This document shows, in pieces, positions 8,863 through 17,714 of a DNA stretch of 64,000 bases (positions within the stretch are counted from its first letter, which is position 1; the number at the start of each line of letters is the position of its first letter). The notes below the pieces were generated by a model. The model was not told where the DNA came from. It was given only the letters and a program-made list of their open reading frames with translations, and did not search any database. The DNA is taken from positions 98,345 through 162,344 of the forward strand of contig JBCCHE010000002.1 of assembly GCA_039028875.1 (NCBI GenBank). The letters run 5' to 3'. Source of the DNA: Myxococcota bacterium (GTDB lineage: Bacteria; Myxococcota_A; Polyangia; Polyangiales; Houyiibacteriaceae). Position numbers and translations under genes: made by a program.

Positions 8863-10932
8863 ATGCGACACCAGCCGATGCTAGCCAGCCTCTTGGTCTT
8901 CGCCATTGCAGCCGGTGGCTGCGATGGGGTGATCGGCGGATCGGGTCTGTCGCGGGACGGAGCCGACGGAAGCGGTCCGGGTGACGGTTCGGATTTTCCT
9001 GTGGACACGACGCGCCCCGAACTCGCCAGTTGCGACGCCTTCGAGCCGGCCTCCCCGTTCGTCTACGCCGCGAAGGCCAAGACGCTCCTGACAGGCCTCG
9101 GCCTCACCGCCGACGAACTCGATGCCCTCAATGCGGACCCCACCTCCTTGGCCTCATTCGTGTCGACCTGGATCGACATGCCTGAGGCGGACCAGAAACT
9201 CCAGCGCTTCTTCCAGACGGCGTTTCAACAAGACGGATACGAGGAACAGGCCTTGGTCGACCTCTGGGGCTACAGCAACTTTCAGGCGGGCCGGCTCTCG
9301 GACGGAACCCAGGTCGACGACACGTTCATCCGAAGCTTCGAGGAGAGCTTCGCTCGAACGGTGCTGGATCTCGTGCGCGAAGACCGACCGTTCAACGACG
9401 TCCTGACCACAAACACGGTCTATCTCACCACCGCACAGATGGTGGGGCTCGCGTTGAGCGACGACCGCGAGATCAACGACAACGGGAACCGGCGGTACAA
9501 CCGATCCGACGAGGCGATCACGCAGATCGTCTACACGACCGACAATGTGCCGCTTTCCGAAAGTCTCGATCCCAACTCGTCCAACTGGATGCGTTTCACC
9601 ATCCCCGAAGAAGGGCTTCCGGGGGGTTGCGGGGGGGAGGCCGTCAAGACCAACAACGACTTGGTCCGGGCGGCATTTTCTGTCCTGATGGGCTTCTACA
9701 CGAACAACGATGGGTGCATGCAGGATGACTACCGAACCGCGCCGCTCCTTGGGGAAGAGGCGTTCTTCGATTGGCATCCCGTCACGATACGGCCGCCGTC
9801 AGGTGGCGAAGACACCACGATGTTCTGGAGCCTCGGAGCGACCGCCGGCGAGAACGAGCTCGTCCTTCGTGTCCCGCGGGTCGGGTTCATGACCACACCA
9901 GGGTTCTTCGCCACGTGGCCGACCAACGACGCGAACGAGGCGCGTGTGACGACGAACCAGACGCTCATCGTGGCGCTCGGGAAGAGCTTCGACAGCGAGA
10001 CGACCGTCATTCCTGCCTTTGATGACGCTCTCGATGACTCGCACGCGGATCCGACCACGGTGTGCTGGAGCTGCCACGTCAATCTCGACCCGATGCGGCA
10101 GTACTTCCGCAACTCGTTCACCTACAGCTATCACGCTCAGCAAGACGCCGACGTGCGGGCGCTTCGGCCGTCGTTCGCGTTCCAAGGTGTCTCGGTCGAG
10201 GGATCGAGCGGGGACGGGATTGAGGAGCTCGCGGCGACGCTTTCGGACCATCCTCGGTTTGCGCCCGCTTGGGTCCAGAAGGCCTGCTACTTCGCAACAA
10301 GCGCCCCCTGCCCTGAGGAGTCCGAGGAGTTTCAGCAGGTGGTCGCGACCTTCGAGGGAAGCGGAATGAGCTTTCGGGCGATGATCGTCGCCCTCTTCTC
10401 GTCGCCACTCGTGTCAGGTGAGCGGTGCGTCGAGAACGCCGGGGGCGACATCCCGTCGGTGTCGCGGGCGCAGCACTTCTGCACGACGATCTCGAACCGA
10501 CTCGGGATCGCCGACATTTGCGGCGTCGACACCTACTACCAATCGGAGCGGCGAGGGGACCGCGGCGTAGCCCGCCAGCTCGTCGAAGTGATGCCGGACG
10601 ATGGCTTCAGCCGCGGAGGCGAAGTTCCCATCGTGATATCCGACCCCAACCTCTTCATCCGGGCAGCGGGAGACGCGGTCTGTCAGCGGTTCGCGCAGAT
10701 GGCGATCGGCAACGACGCCAGGTTCTCGCCCGACGACCCCGACGCCGCGATCCAGGCGTTCGTGGTCGACCTGATGGGGCTTCCGGAGAGCGATCCCCGA
10801 CACGACGGGGCACTCGACATTCTCGGTCGCCATTTCGCAGACGCGGACGTGGATACCAACGAGACCAACGCGCTCCGCTCGACCTTCATGGTCGCGTGCA
10901 CCTCGCCAAGCGTATTGGGGATTGGGCTGTGA
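8863..10932 (+). CDS. lipoprotein with a CxxCH haem-binding motif (DUF1588/DUF1592-like family)
   Basis: AGGAG RBS 9 nt upstream. Signal plus lipobox (MRHQPMLASLLVFAIAAGGC). The motif CWSCHVNLDPMRQYF resembles the C..CH...DP signature of the Planctomycete/Myxobacterial 'PSD' haem proteins. A Tat-exported partner gene follows immediately. Confidence 0.7.
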   Translation: MRHQPMLASLLVFAIAAGGCDGVIGGSGLSRDGADGSGPGDGSDFPVDTTRPELASCDAFEPASPFVYAAKAKTLLTGLGLTADELDALNADPTSLASFVSTWIDMPEADQKLQRFFQTAFQQDGYEEQALVDLWGYSNFQAGRLSDGTQVDDTFIRSFEESFARTVLDLVREDRPFNDVLTTNTVYLTTAQMVGLALSDDREINDNGNRRYNRSDEAITQIVYTTDNVPLSESLDPNSSNWMRFTIPEEGLPGGCGGEAVKTNNDLVRAAFSVLMGFYTNNDGCMQDDYRTAPLLGEEAFFDWHPVTIRPPSGGEDTTMFWSLGATAGENELVLRVPRVGFMTTPGFFATWPTNDANEARVTTNQTLIVALGKSFDSETTVIPAFDDALDDSHADPTTVCWSCHVNLDPMRQYFRNSFTYSYHAQQDADVRALRPSFAFQGVSVEGSSGDGIEELAATLSDHPRFAPAWVQKACYFATSAPCPEESEEFQQVVATFEGSGMSFRAMIVALFSSPLVSGERCVENAGGDIPSVSRAQHFCTTISNRLGIADICGVDTYYQSERRGDRGVARQLVEVMPDDGFSRGGEVPIVISDPNLFIRAAGDAVCQRFAQMAIGNDARFSPDDPDAAIQAFVVDLMGLPESDPRHDGALDILGRHFADADVDTNETNALRSTFMVACTSPSVLGIGL

Positions 10933-10936
10933 GGAA

Positions 10937-12250
10937 ATGGCCATGAAGCTCGATCGACGCAAGATGCTGAAGACGGCGCTCTTCGGAGCCGGGGGGCTAG
11001 GCCTCAAGTCCTTGGCGACCGGCGTGCCCATGTCCATGCTCGCGAGGCCGCTCGCCGCGAGCGCTCAAACCGCATCGGTCGCCAGACTATTGATTCTATC
11101 TTCCTCTTCTGCAGGCGACCCGCTCAACGCCAACGTCCCCGGGACGTACGACGATCCGGCGATCCAGCACTCGAACGACCCGCGGATGGCGCCGACGGCG
11201 ATGTCGGTCGGGGGCCAACAAGTCACCGCCGCCAAGCCGTGGGCGGATCTTCCCGCCGCGATTCGAGATCGAACGGTATTCTTCCACCACGGGACGTACA
11301 CCAACGCCCACCCGAACCACCCGAAAACGATGCGGTTGCTTGGAGCAGTCGAGCGAAACGAGATGCTGGTGAGCGTCTACTCGAGCGCCCTTTCCGAAAC
11401 GTTGGGCACCGTCCAGCAAGAACCGATCAGTGTCGGTGCGCGCGGGGGCAACGAGATCCTCACGTTCCAAGGGCGGTCGCTCGCCAACGTGTCCCCGGTC
11501 GCCCTGAAGAATACGCTGGCGGCAGAAGAAGGTGTCCTTGGCGATCTCCGGCCGCTCCGCGATCAAGCCGTGGACGAGATCCACGCGCTCTATCAGGAGC
11601 ACGGCACCGAGAACCAGCGCCGGCTGCTCGATCGCTTCGTCGTGACACGAGACGAGGCGCGGTCGCTCTCTCTCGATCTGGTCGAGCGACTCGCCAACAT
11701 CGATGGAAACCGGGAAACCGATCAGGTGCTCGCAGCCTCGGTGCTCGCCGCCATGAACGTGTCGCCGGTCATGACCGTCCGGTTCGACTTTGGCGGAGAC
11801 AACCACGACGACAACGAGTTCGTTCGCGAGACAAACGAAACGGTCGAGGGCGTTGGGCACCTGCAGAACCTCGTCGAGACGCTCGACGGGATGCGGGCCG
11901 AAGGGGTGCTCCGGAACGACGTCGTGGTGGGTACACTCAACGTCTTCGGACGTGACCTCGCAAGGAAGGGTCGCCAAGGGCGCGACCACAATGGGAGGCA
12001 CCACTGCGCGGTGCTCATTGGCGAAGGCCTGCGCGCCGGAGTCGTCGGGGGACTGGAACCCACAGGCAAGGACTACCAGGCGCAGGCGATCGACTCATCT
12101 TCGGGCAACGCATCGGCCTCCGGAGACGTCCCCCACGAAGAGACCTTCCAATCGATGGCAAAGACCCTCGGAGTGGCCCTGGGCGTCACCCGGGAGCGGC
12201 TCGACGAAGCGATCACGGGGGGCAAAGTCATCGACAACGCCCTCGCTTAA
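10937..12250 (+). CDS. Tat-signal protein, DUF1501/DUF1552-like (sulfatase-fold-like partner of the upstream haem lipoprotein)
   Basis: Twin-arginine signal (MKLDRRKMLKTALFGAGGLGL...ASAQ). Motifs FDFGGDNHDDN and NVFGRDLARKGRQGRDHNGRHH..LIGEGLRAGVVGG resemble DUF1501-type signatures. The start could be the ATG at 10937 or at 10943; GAGGA lies 7 nt before 10943. Confidence 0.75.
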   Translation: MAMKLDRRKMLKTALFGAGGLGLKSLATGVPMSMLARPLAASAQTASVARLLILSSSSAGDPLNANVPGTYDDPAIQHSNDPRMAPTAMSVGGQQVTAAKPWADLPAAIRDRTVFFHHGTYTNAHPNHPKTMRLLGAVERNEMLVSVYSSALSETLGTVQQEPISVGARGGNEILTFQGRSLANVSPVALKNTLAAEEGVLGDLRPLRDQAVDEIHALYQEHGTENQRRLLDRFVVTRDEARSLSLDLVERLANIDGNRETDQVLAASVLAAMNVSPVMTVRFDFGGDNHDDNEFVRETNETVEGVGHLQNLVETLDGMRAEGVLRNDVVVGTLNVFGRDLARKGRQGRDHNGRHHCAVLIGEGLRAGVVGGLEPTGKDYQAQAIDSSSGNASASGDVPHEETFQSMAKTLGVALGVTRERLDEAITGGKVIDNALA

Positions 12251-12266
12251 GCGAGCGCGAGGCCAG

Positions 12267-12292
12267 GTCGGACGCGCGCACGCGCGTCCGAC
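12267..12292. terminator. GC-rich hairpin between convergent genes
   Basis: GTCGGACGCGCG-CA-CGCGCGTCCGAC, a perfect 12-bp inverted repeat. It lies between the stop at 12250 (+) and the stop at 12317 (-). There is no T-tract. Confidence 0.4.
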
Positions 12293-12316
12293 ACGATGAA
12301 CAGGCGAACGACTCGG

Positions 12317-12925
12317 CTACTCTTGCGAGCCGCCAGCACCGCCCATGCCACCGGCGCCGCCCATGCCACCGGCACCACCCATGCCGCCGGCACCGCCCAT
12401 GCCACCGGCACCGCCCATGCCACCGGCACCGCCCATGCCACCGGCGCCACCAGTGCCAAGGTCAGCCGTGAAGCCTGCGCAGTCCTCGAACCGCTGATTG
12501 CAGTCCGCTCGCGCTTGGCATGCTTCGCACGCCTCGCTGTCCACGTCGCTCGTGCATTGCGCTGCGCACTCCGAGACCACGCAGTCGCTCACGAGCCCGA
12601 AACACAGGCCACACTCTTCCGAGATACCCGCCTCCGCGGCAACGCAGTCTCCGACGCACGACGCCAGGTCGACCTCGAGCAAACAGGCGCCTAGGGTGCA
12701 GTCGGTGGTGGTCTGAATCACGGTCGCCTGAACCGCATCGAGGGCCTCGAGCTGATCCAGGCACGCCGTACCCGACAGGCCGCCGCCCGTGCCGCCGCTG
12801 CCAGCGCTGCCGCCCGCGCCCCCCGTCGCACCCGCACCGCCCGTAGCGCCCGTTCCGTCGCTGTCGTCTCCGCATCCGGCGAGGGCCGCCGCAACGCACA
12901 GAACCAAAATCGAACCCACCTTCAT
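12317..12925 (-). CDS. Gly-rich / Cys-rich lipoprotein with C-terminal (GGAGGM)x7 repeat
   Basis: Trimmed to the ATG at 12925, with AGGAGG just upstream. Lipobox (MKVGSILVLCVAAALAGC), a Gly linker, and an acidic Cys-rich core (..SECAAQCTSDVDSEACEACQARADC..). The C-terminal tandem hexapeptide repeat is encoded by an 18-bp DNA repeat. Confidence 0.75.
   Translation of the reverse strand: MKVGSILVLCVAAALAGCGDDSDGTGATGGAGATGGAGGSAGSGGTGGGLSGTACLDQLEALDAVQATVIQTTTDCTLGACLLEVDLASCVGDCVAAEAGISEECGLCFGLVSDCVVSECAAQCTSDVDSEACEACQARADCNQRFEDCAGFTADLGTGGAGGMGGAGGMGGAGGMGGAGGMGGAGGMGGAGGMGGAGGSQE
12337..12462. repeat. 7 x 18-bp near-perfect tandem repeat (coding, minus strand)
   Basis: The unit CACCGCCCATGCCACCGG is repeated with CAT at 12344, 12362, 12380, 12398, 12416, 12434 and 12452. 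Copies 4-7 are identical. Confidence 0.9.
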
Positions 12926-13038
12926 GCTGCCTCCTAGTCCCGGCGCAGAGGCTCTAACACACTGGGCGCGCCCTCGAAAGGCGTCACGCATCGTGGTGTG
13001 CGCCCGGCCAAGGTTCTCGTGCACCTGGTGGCGAACCA

Positions 13039-13647
13039 CTACTCAGAAGCCTGGCGTCGTCGACCGAACAGCTTGCGCCACGGAATCAGAAACAGCGCTC
13101 CGATCCCAAGCAGAACCGCTGGCACCTGCCACTCTGGGTCATCGCCTTGGTAGACGACCTGGTAGGAGTCATCGATCTCCGTGACGAGCTTGTCGAACTC
13201 TTTTCGGTCGTCGTCGGTGTACTTCATGAACCATAGCTGCGTGAGGCCGTTGGCTCCTAGCGGCTCAAACAAGACCGCGCCCTCGCCCCCGAGAAACGCT
13301 TCTAGATCGTCGTCGGTTCCGTTCTCCGAGATCTGGACCAGTTTCCGGAAGTTCAACAGTACGGTCGGGTCCTTGGTCTTGAGGACGAGCTTCGGGCGCC
13401 CCTCGAAACCATCTGGAACGAGCGGAACCATGACGGTCTTGAACTTGTCCACGGCGTCACCAATGTAGACGCCCTCACCCCAGACACCGAAACACTCTGA
13501 CACGCTGACCCACCGTCGACTCGCACCCTCTTCGTAGTAGTCTCCGCAAGTCATCTCCAGCGGACTGGTGTTGCGGGCGGCCGTGTACAAGCCGAACGCG
13601 CCCCATACGAGGAATACAACGCCAAGAATTGACACGTTCTGGTTCAT
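13039..13647 (-). CDS. hypothetical membrane protein (N- and C-terminal TM helices)
   Basis: Trimmed to the ATG at 13647, with GGGGAGG upstream. MNQNVSILGVVFLVWGAFGLYTAA... ends with ...VPAVLLGIGALFLIPW. No family recognised. Confidence 0.65.
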   Translation of the reverse strand: MNQNVSILGVVFLVWGAFGLYTAARNTSPLEMTCGDYYEEGASRRWVSVSECFGVWGEGVYIGDAVDKFKTVMVPLVPDGFEGRPKLVLKTKDPTVLLNFRKLVQISENGTDDDLEAFLGGEGAVLFEPLGANGLTQLWFMKYTDDDRKEFDKLVTEIDDSYQVVYQGDDPEWQVPAVLLGIGALFLIPWRKLFGRRRQASE

Positions 13648-13814
13648 GAATGCGACCTCCCCTGCAAGCCCGCCGAGCGCGTCGGGCGGTCGACGAGCCC
13701 TGCCGATCGATGCTTGATCCTGCGAACGGCGCGAGTGTACCGTTTCCCCCGAGCGATGGCGACCACGATTTGGTAAGGAACCCATCGTGCGGTTCGCGCG
13801 GCGAGCGAGTCCTC

Positions 13815-14171
13815 ATGTCCGAGATCACGATCTGGCACAACCCGCGTTGCAGCAAGTCTCGCAAGACGCTCGAGCTGATTCGAGAGCGGGGGTTCGAGCC
13901 GCACATCGTCGAGTACCTGAAGGATGCCCCGACCGCTGACGAACTCGAACGCGCGCTGACGAAGCTAGGCGTTGAAGCGCGCGACGTCATCCGGACGAAG
14001 GAGCCGCCCTATCGAGAGTTGTCTCTGGATGACGCAACACTGACCCGAGGAGCTCTTCTCGAGGCCTTGTCCGCCCACCCGATCCTCATCGAGCGGCCGA
14101 TCGTGTTTCGAGGTGACCGCGCGGTCATTGGACGGCCACCCGAAGCCGTGATGACCCTCCTCGACCCATAG
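13815..14171 (+). CDS. ArsC/YfgD-family arsenate reductase-like protein
   Basis: MSEITIWHNPRCSKSRKTLELIRERGFEP...HPILIERPIV matches the glutaredoxin-type ArsC family hallmark (HNPxCxxSR ... HPxLIxRPI). The track ORF is trimmed to the ATG at 13815. Confidence 0.85.
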   Translation: MSEITIWHNPRCSKSRKTLELIRERGFEPHIVEYLKDAPTADELERALTKLGVEARDVIRTKEPPYRELSLDDATLTRGALLEALSAHPILIERPIVFRGDRAVIGRPPEAVMTLLDP

Positions 14172-14265
14172 CATGACGCGCGTCGCGCCCACGTGAGCGT
14201 GCGCGAACCCGACGGTTTCGTGGTACCACTAGGCCTCGGTCGTTAGGGCTTGGAGGATACGACAT

Positions 14266-15879
14266 TTGGACCTGATTCATCAGATACGCGGCTACGTGAT
14301 TCCGACCTTGGTCCTGCTCACGGCAGGGTCTATTGCGCTCGGGTACCTCGTCGCGCCGGGGTTCTACTACGCGTTGATCGCCTTTGCGCCCCTCCTCTTG
14401 CTCGCGGTGTACGACCTCGTGCAGACGACGCACAGCATCGCGCGCAATTATCCCGTCCTTGGTCGGCTTCGGTTCATGCTCGAGGGCGCCGGGCCCGAGA
14501 TGAGGCAGTACTTCGTCGAGAGCAATACCAGCGGAAAGCCGTTCAGTCGCGACCAGCGCTCGCTGATGTACCGTCGTGCCAAGGGGATCGAAGGCCTGAA
14601 GCCATTCGGTACGGAACTCGACGTGTACGAGGAAGGCTATGGCTACATCGCCCAGTCGATCTCTCCGACCAAACCCACCGACGACCCGTCCCGGACCCTT
14701 CGGGTCGACGTTGGGGGACCGGATTGCAAGCAACCGTACTCGGCGTCGCTGGTGAACATCTCGGCCATGAGCTTCGGTGCACTGAGCTCCCACGCGATTT
14801 TGGCGCTCAACACGGGGGCCAAGTTGGGCGGGTTCGCGCACAACACGGGCGAAGGCGGCTTCAGCCGGTACCATCAGGAGCCCGGAGGGGACGTGATCTG
14901 GCAGGTGGGCACCGGCTACTTCGGTTGCAGGACATCGGACGGACGCTTCGACGAAGAGATGTTCGCGGACACGGCGGCGTCGCCCCAGATCAAGATGATC
15001 GAGCTGAAGATCTCGCAGGGCGCCAAACCAGGACATGGGGGCATCCTGCCTGGTGCCAAGGTGACCCAGGAGATCGCCGATGCGCGACGCGTCCCCGCTG
15101 GCGAAGAGTGTTTTTCGCCGCCGGGTCATACGGCATTCTCGACGCCGAGAGAGCTTTGCGAGTTCATCGGAACGCTTCGAGAACGGTCTCGCGGAAAGCC
15201 GGTCGGCTTCAAGCTCTGCATCGGAAAGCCGGTCGAGTTGATGGCGATATGCAAGGGAATGATCGAAACCGGAATCGCTCCTGACTTCATCACCATCGAC
15301 GGAAGCGAGGGTGGAACCGGCGCCGCCCCGATCGAGTTCTCGGACAGGCTTGGCGTGCCGTTGCGCGAAGGCCTGATGGTTTTGCAGAACACCTTGGTGG
15401 GCACCAATCTGCGAGACAAGATCCGGATTGCGGCAAGCGGGAAGCTCATCTCGAGCTACGATCTCGCGGCGGCGATGGCGCTTGGGGCAAACTGGTGCAA
15501 CGTGGCCCGGGGGTTCATGTTCTCGGTGGGTTGCATCCAGGCGCAGAGTTGCCACACCAATCAATGCCCGGTGGGAGTCGCCACGCAGGACCCAAAGCTC
15601 TACCGCGCGCTGGTGGTGAAAGAGAAAGCACCTCGGGCATTCAACTTCCACAAGAACACCCTACGTGGCCTCGCGGAGATGACAGCGGCATGCGGGCTCA
15701 ACCATCCAAACGATTTCACCCCGGATCTCCTCTTCGAGCGAGTGAGCCCCCATGAGGTTCGGAGACTCGATGAGCTCTACGACTTTTTGTCGCCCGGCGA
15801 GTTGCTCGAGGGAGGCGCGGAACCGCGTGTCCAACGGGCGTGGGACCTCGCCAGCCCGGATCACTTCCACGGCAACTAG
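14266..15879 (+). CDS. FMN-binding glutamate synthase family protein (GltB central-domain-like, membrane anchored)
   Basis: N-terminal TM helices, then ISAMSFGALS...NTGEGG...KISQGAKPGHGG.LPG.K...IDGSEGGTGAAP...ASGK, the classic glutamate synthase domain-2 motifs. Confidence 0.9.
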   Translation: MDLIHQIRGYVIPTLVLLTAGSIALGYLVAPGFYYALIAFAPLLLLAVYDLVQTTHSIARNYPVLGRLRFMLEGAGPEMRQYFVESNTSGKPFSRDQRSLMYRRAKGIEGLKPFGTELDVYEEGYGYIAQSISPTKPTDDPSRTLRVDVGGPDCKQPYSASLVNISAMSFGALSSHAILALNTGAKLGGFAHNTGEGGFSRYHQEPGGDVIWQVGTGYFGCRTSDGRFDEEMFADTAASPQIKMIELKISQGAKPGHGGILPGAKVTQEIADARRVPAGEECFSPPGHTAFSTPRELCEFIGTLRERSRGKPVGFKLCIGKPVELMAICKGMIETGIAPDFITIDGSEGGTGAAPIEFSDRLGVPLREGLMVLQNTLVGTNLRDKIRIAASGKLISSYDLAAAMALGANWCNVARGFMFSVGCIQAQSCHTNQCPVGVATQDPKLYRALVVKEKAPRAFNFHKNTLRGLAEMTAACGLNHPNDFTPDLLFERVSPHEVRRLDELYDFLSPGELLEGGAEPRVQRAWDLASPDHFHGN

Positions 15880-15926
15880 CCGCGGATGTGGCCACCTACT
15901 CACCCGCTACGCCTAGGAGTGCAATC

Positions 15927-16403
15927 GTGAGCGACCGAAACCCCAACTTGGACGAACCGTCCGTCGACTTCGAGCCACAGCACGACGGCTACGCCAGCCG
16001 CGTTCAGACGAGCTTTGACAAGCAAGGCTTCATGGCAACGCTTGGCGCACGACTCCTTCGCGTCGAGCCCGGCTGGGTCGACGTGTCCCTTCCGTTTTCG
16101 CCTCAACTCACGCAGCAACACGGCTTCTTGCACGCCGGCGCAGTCGCCGCAGTCGTCGACACGGCATGCGGCCTGGCAGCACTCTCGCTGATGCCCGCGG
16201 ACGCCGCAGTGCTCACCGTCGAGTTCAAGATCAACCTCCTCGCACCGGCGCGGGGCGATGCCTTCATCGCGCGCGGCGTCGTTAAGAAGGCGGGCCGCAC
16301 CCTCATGGTCGCCACAGGCGACGTCTTCGACACCGATCACAACATCACCGCCGCCCTCACCGCCACCCTCATGACCATCCAAAACCGCGGCCTCATCGGC
16401 TAG
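15927..16403 (+). CDS. PaaI-family (hotdog fold) thioesterase
   Basis: GTG at 15927 with AGGAG 7 nt upstream. The motif ..QQHGFLHAGAVAAVVDTACGLAA...TVEFKINLLAPARGD... is typical of the PaaI/YigI family. Confidence 0.8.
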   Translation: MSDRNPNLDEPSVDFEPQHDGYASRVQTSFDKQGFMATLGARLLRVEPGWVDVSLPFSPQLTQQHGFLHAGAVAAVVDTACGLAALSLMPADAAVLTVEFKINLLAPARGDAFIARGVVKKAGRTLMVATGDVFDTDHNITAALTATLMTIQNRGLIG

Positions 16404-16411
16404 CGCCAAAT

Positions 16412-16621
16412 AGGGGTCACTCCACCCCCTCAAAAACTAAACAATTTCAATTATTTACAAGCCGCACCGCGAAAACCCAGTTCGGTAGGAAAGCACCGGC
16501 AATTCCAAGCGCTCACAACCTGCACGCCCAAAACCGGCGACGGGCGACGGCGATTGGGTTTTCGCGGTATGGCGTGCAACTGTTTGGAACTTATTGGTTT
16601 TTGGGGGGGCGGAGTGACCCT
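16412..16621. repeat. ~210-bp imperfect palindromic element (nested inverted repeats, AT-rich shoulders)
   Basis: The outer arms are 16413-16437 GGGGTCACTCCACCCCCTCAAAAAC and 16597-16620 GTTTTTGGGGGGGCGGAGTGACCC. A perfect 14-bp inner pair is ACCGCGAAAACCCA (16466-16479) / TGGGTTTTCGCGGT (16555-16568). The arms align over ~70 nt with mismatches. Confidence 0.55.
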
Positions 16622-16635
16622 GGTAGGATTGGGGG

Positions 16636-17178
16636 ATGGGGGGGCGGTGGAAGTCGGTGCGGGTGCCTTTGGGGGTGACGATCGGGATTGTCGTCCTCGT
16701 CGTGTGGCGGGTGGCGAGTGTTTGGTCGTCGCTCCCGGATACCGTCGCTTCTCATTTCGCGGCGAGCGGTGAGCCGAACGGGTTCATGAGCCGGGCGGGT
16801 TTCTTCTGGGTGATGGGCCTTGTGGGAGGCGGCACGATCGCATTGCTCTTTGCGGCGCCAATGTTCCTTCGCAAGCTGCCGACGCACATGATCAACGTGC
16901 CGAACCGAGACTATTGGCTGGCCACCGATGCACGACGCATCGAGGCTCTCGACAGGTTGGCGTCCTATCTCGGCTGGATGGCCATGGCGACGGCAGCGCT
17001 ATTGGCTGTGGCGATCGAGCTCGCCGTCGAAGCCAACGTACACCGCACGGGCTTCGCCAGCGGGCCGTTCTTGGTGTGTCTCGGTGCGTACTTCGTCGTC
17101 GTGTTGGCGGGGACGATCATCAAGATGCGCGTACTCGCCGAACCACCTCAGGAGACGCCCGAAGAATCCTCGCCCTAA
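16636..17178 (+). CDS. DUF1648-domain membrane protein (SdpI-N-terminal-like)
   Basis: A TM helix, then LPDTVASHFAASGEPNGFMSR (the DUF1648 signature P..i..H....G.p.g), followed by three more TM helices. Confidence 0.7.
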   Translation: MGGRWKSVRVPLGVTIGIVVLVVWRVASVWSSLPDTVASHFAASGEPNGFMSRAGFFWVMGLVGGGTIALLFAAPMFLRKLPTHMINVPNRDYWLATDARRIEALDRLASYLGWMAMATAALLAVAIELAVEANVHRTGFASGPFLVCLGAYFVVVLAGTIIKMRVLAEPPQETPEESSP

Positions 17179-17239
17179 GCACCAACGAATTCCTGCCACC
17201 AGAACCCCTGTGGTATGACGGTCGCCAATGGGGGAGAAC

Positions 17240-17695
17240 ATGAGAGAGACCCGACGCTTCGCACTGGCATCTGTTTTTTCGGCTGCGCTGCTCTCATTGA
17301 CGGCGACTCCCGCGGCGCACGCCCAAGAAGACCCGGGCGCCGAGGCCGGGGTCTTTGAGGGCTCGAGCGTCGAAAGCTCCGCCCCCGGGGAGGACCTCGA
17401 CCGCAAGATCCGCGCCCTTCGATGGGGCGTCGCCCTGTCGACTGTCTCAATCCCCCTTGGAATGGGGTTGTTCCTCGGCGGCGCGGCCGCCTGCTTCGGC
17501 ACCGGCATCTTTGGTGACAGTTGCACGGGAGGTGAGAACGCCATGATATCCCTTGGTATCGTCTTCATGATCGCCGGAACGGCCGGCATGATCACCAGCG
17601 CCATCTTGCTGCGACGACGAAAGCAGGAACGACGAGGCCTACACGCCAGCCGCCGACTTCGTTGGAGCTACGAGTCTGGCGCTTTCGTTTTCTGA
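17240..17695 (+). CDS. hypothetical secreted/membrane protein
   Basis: MRETRRFALASVFSAALLSLTATPAAHAQ is a signal peptide. Two Gly-rich TM helices follow (..GMGLFLGGAAACFGTGIFG.., ..ISLGIVFMIAGTAGMITSAILL). Confidence 0.6.
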   Translation: MRETRRFALASVFSAALLSLTATPAAHAQEDPGAEAGVFEGSSVESSAPGEDLDRKIRALRWGVALSTVSIPLGMGLFLGGAAACFGTGIFGDSCTGGENAMISLGIVFMIAGTAGMITSAILLRRRKQERRGLHASRRLRWSYESGAFVF

Positions 17696-17714
17696 AGCAA
17701 CTTCGGGCGACGCA

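Noticed and set aside
12296-12694. + strand ORF encoding (HATGTA)n-type repeats
   Set aside because: It is the antisense translation of the (GGAGGM)7 repeat of the minus-strand lipoprotein, which has an RBS, a lipobox and a coherent domain structure.
14125-15651. 508-aa ORF on the minus strand
   Set aside because: It is entirely antisense to the well-supported glutamate-synthase-family gene. The Arg/Pro-rich, low-complexity translation is typical of shadow ORFs in GC-rich DNA.
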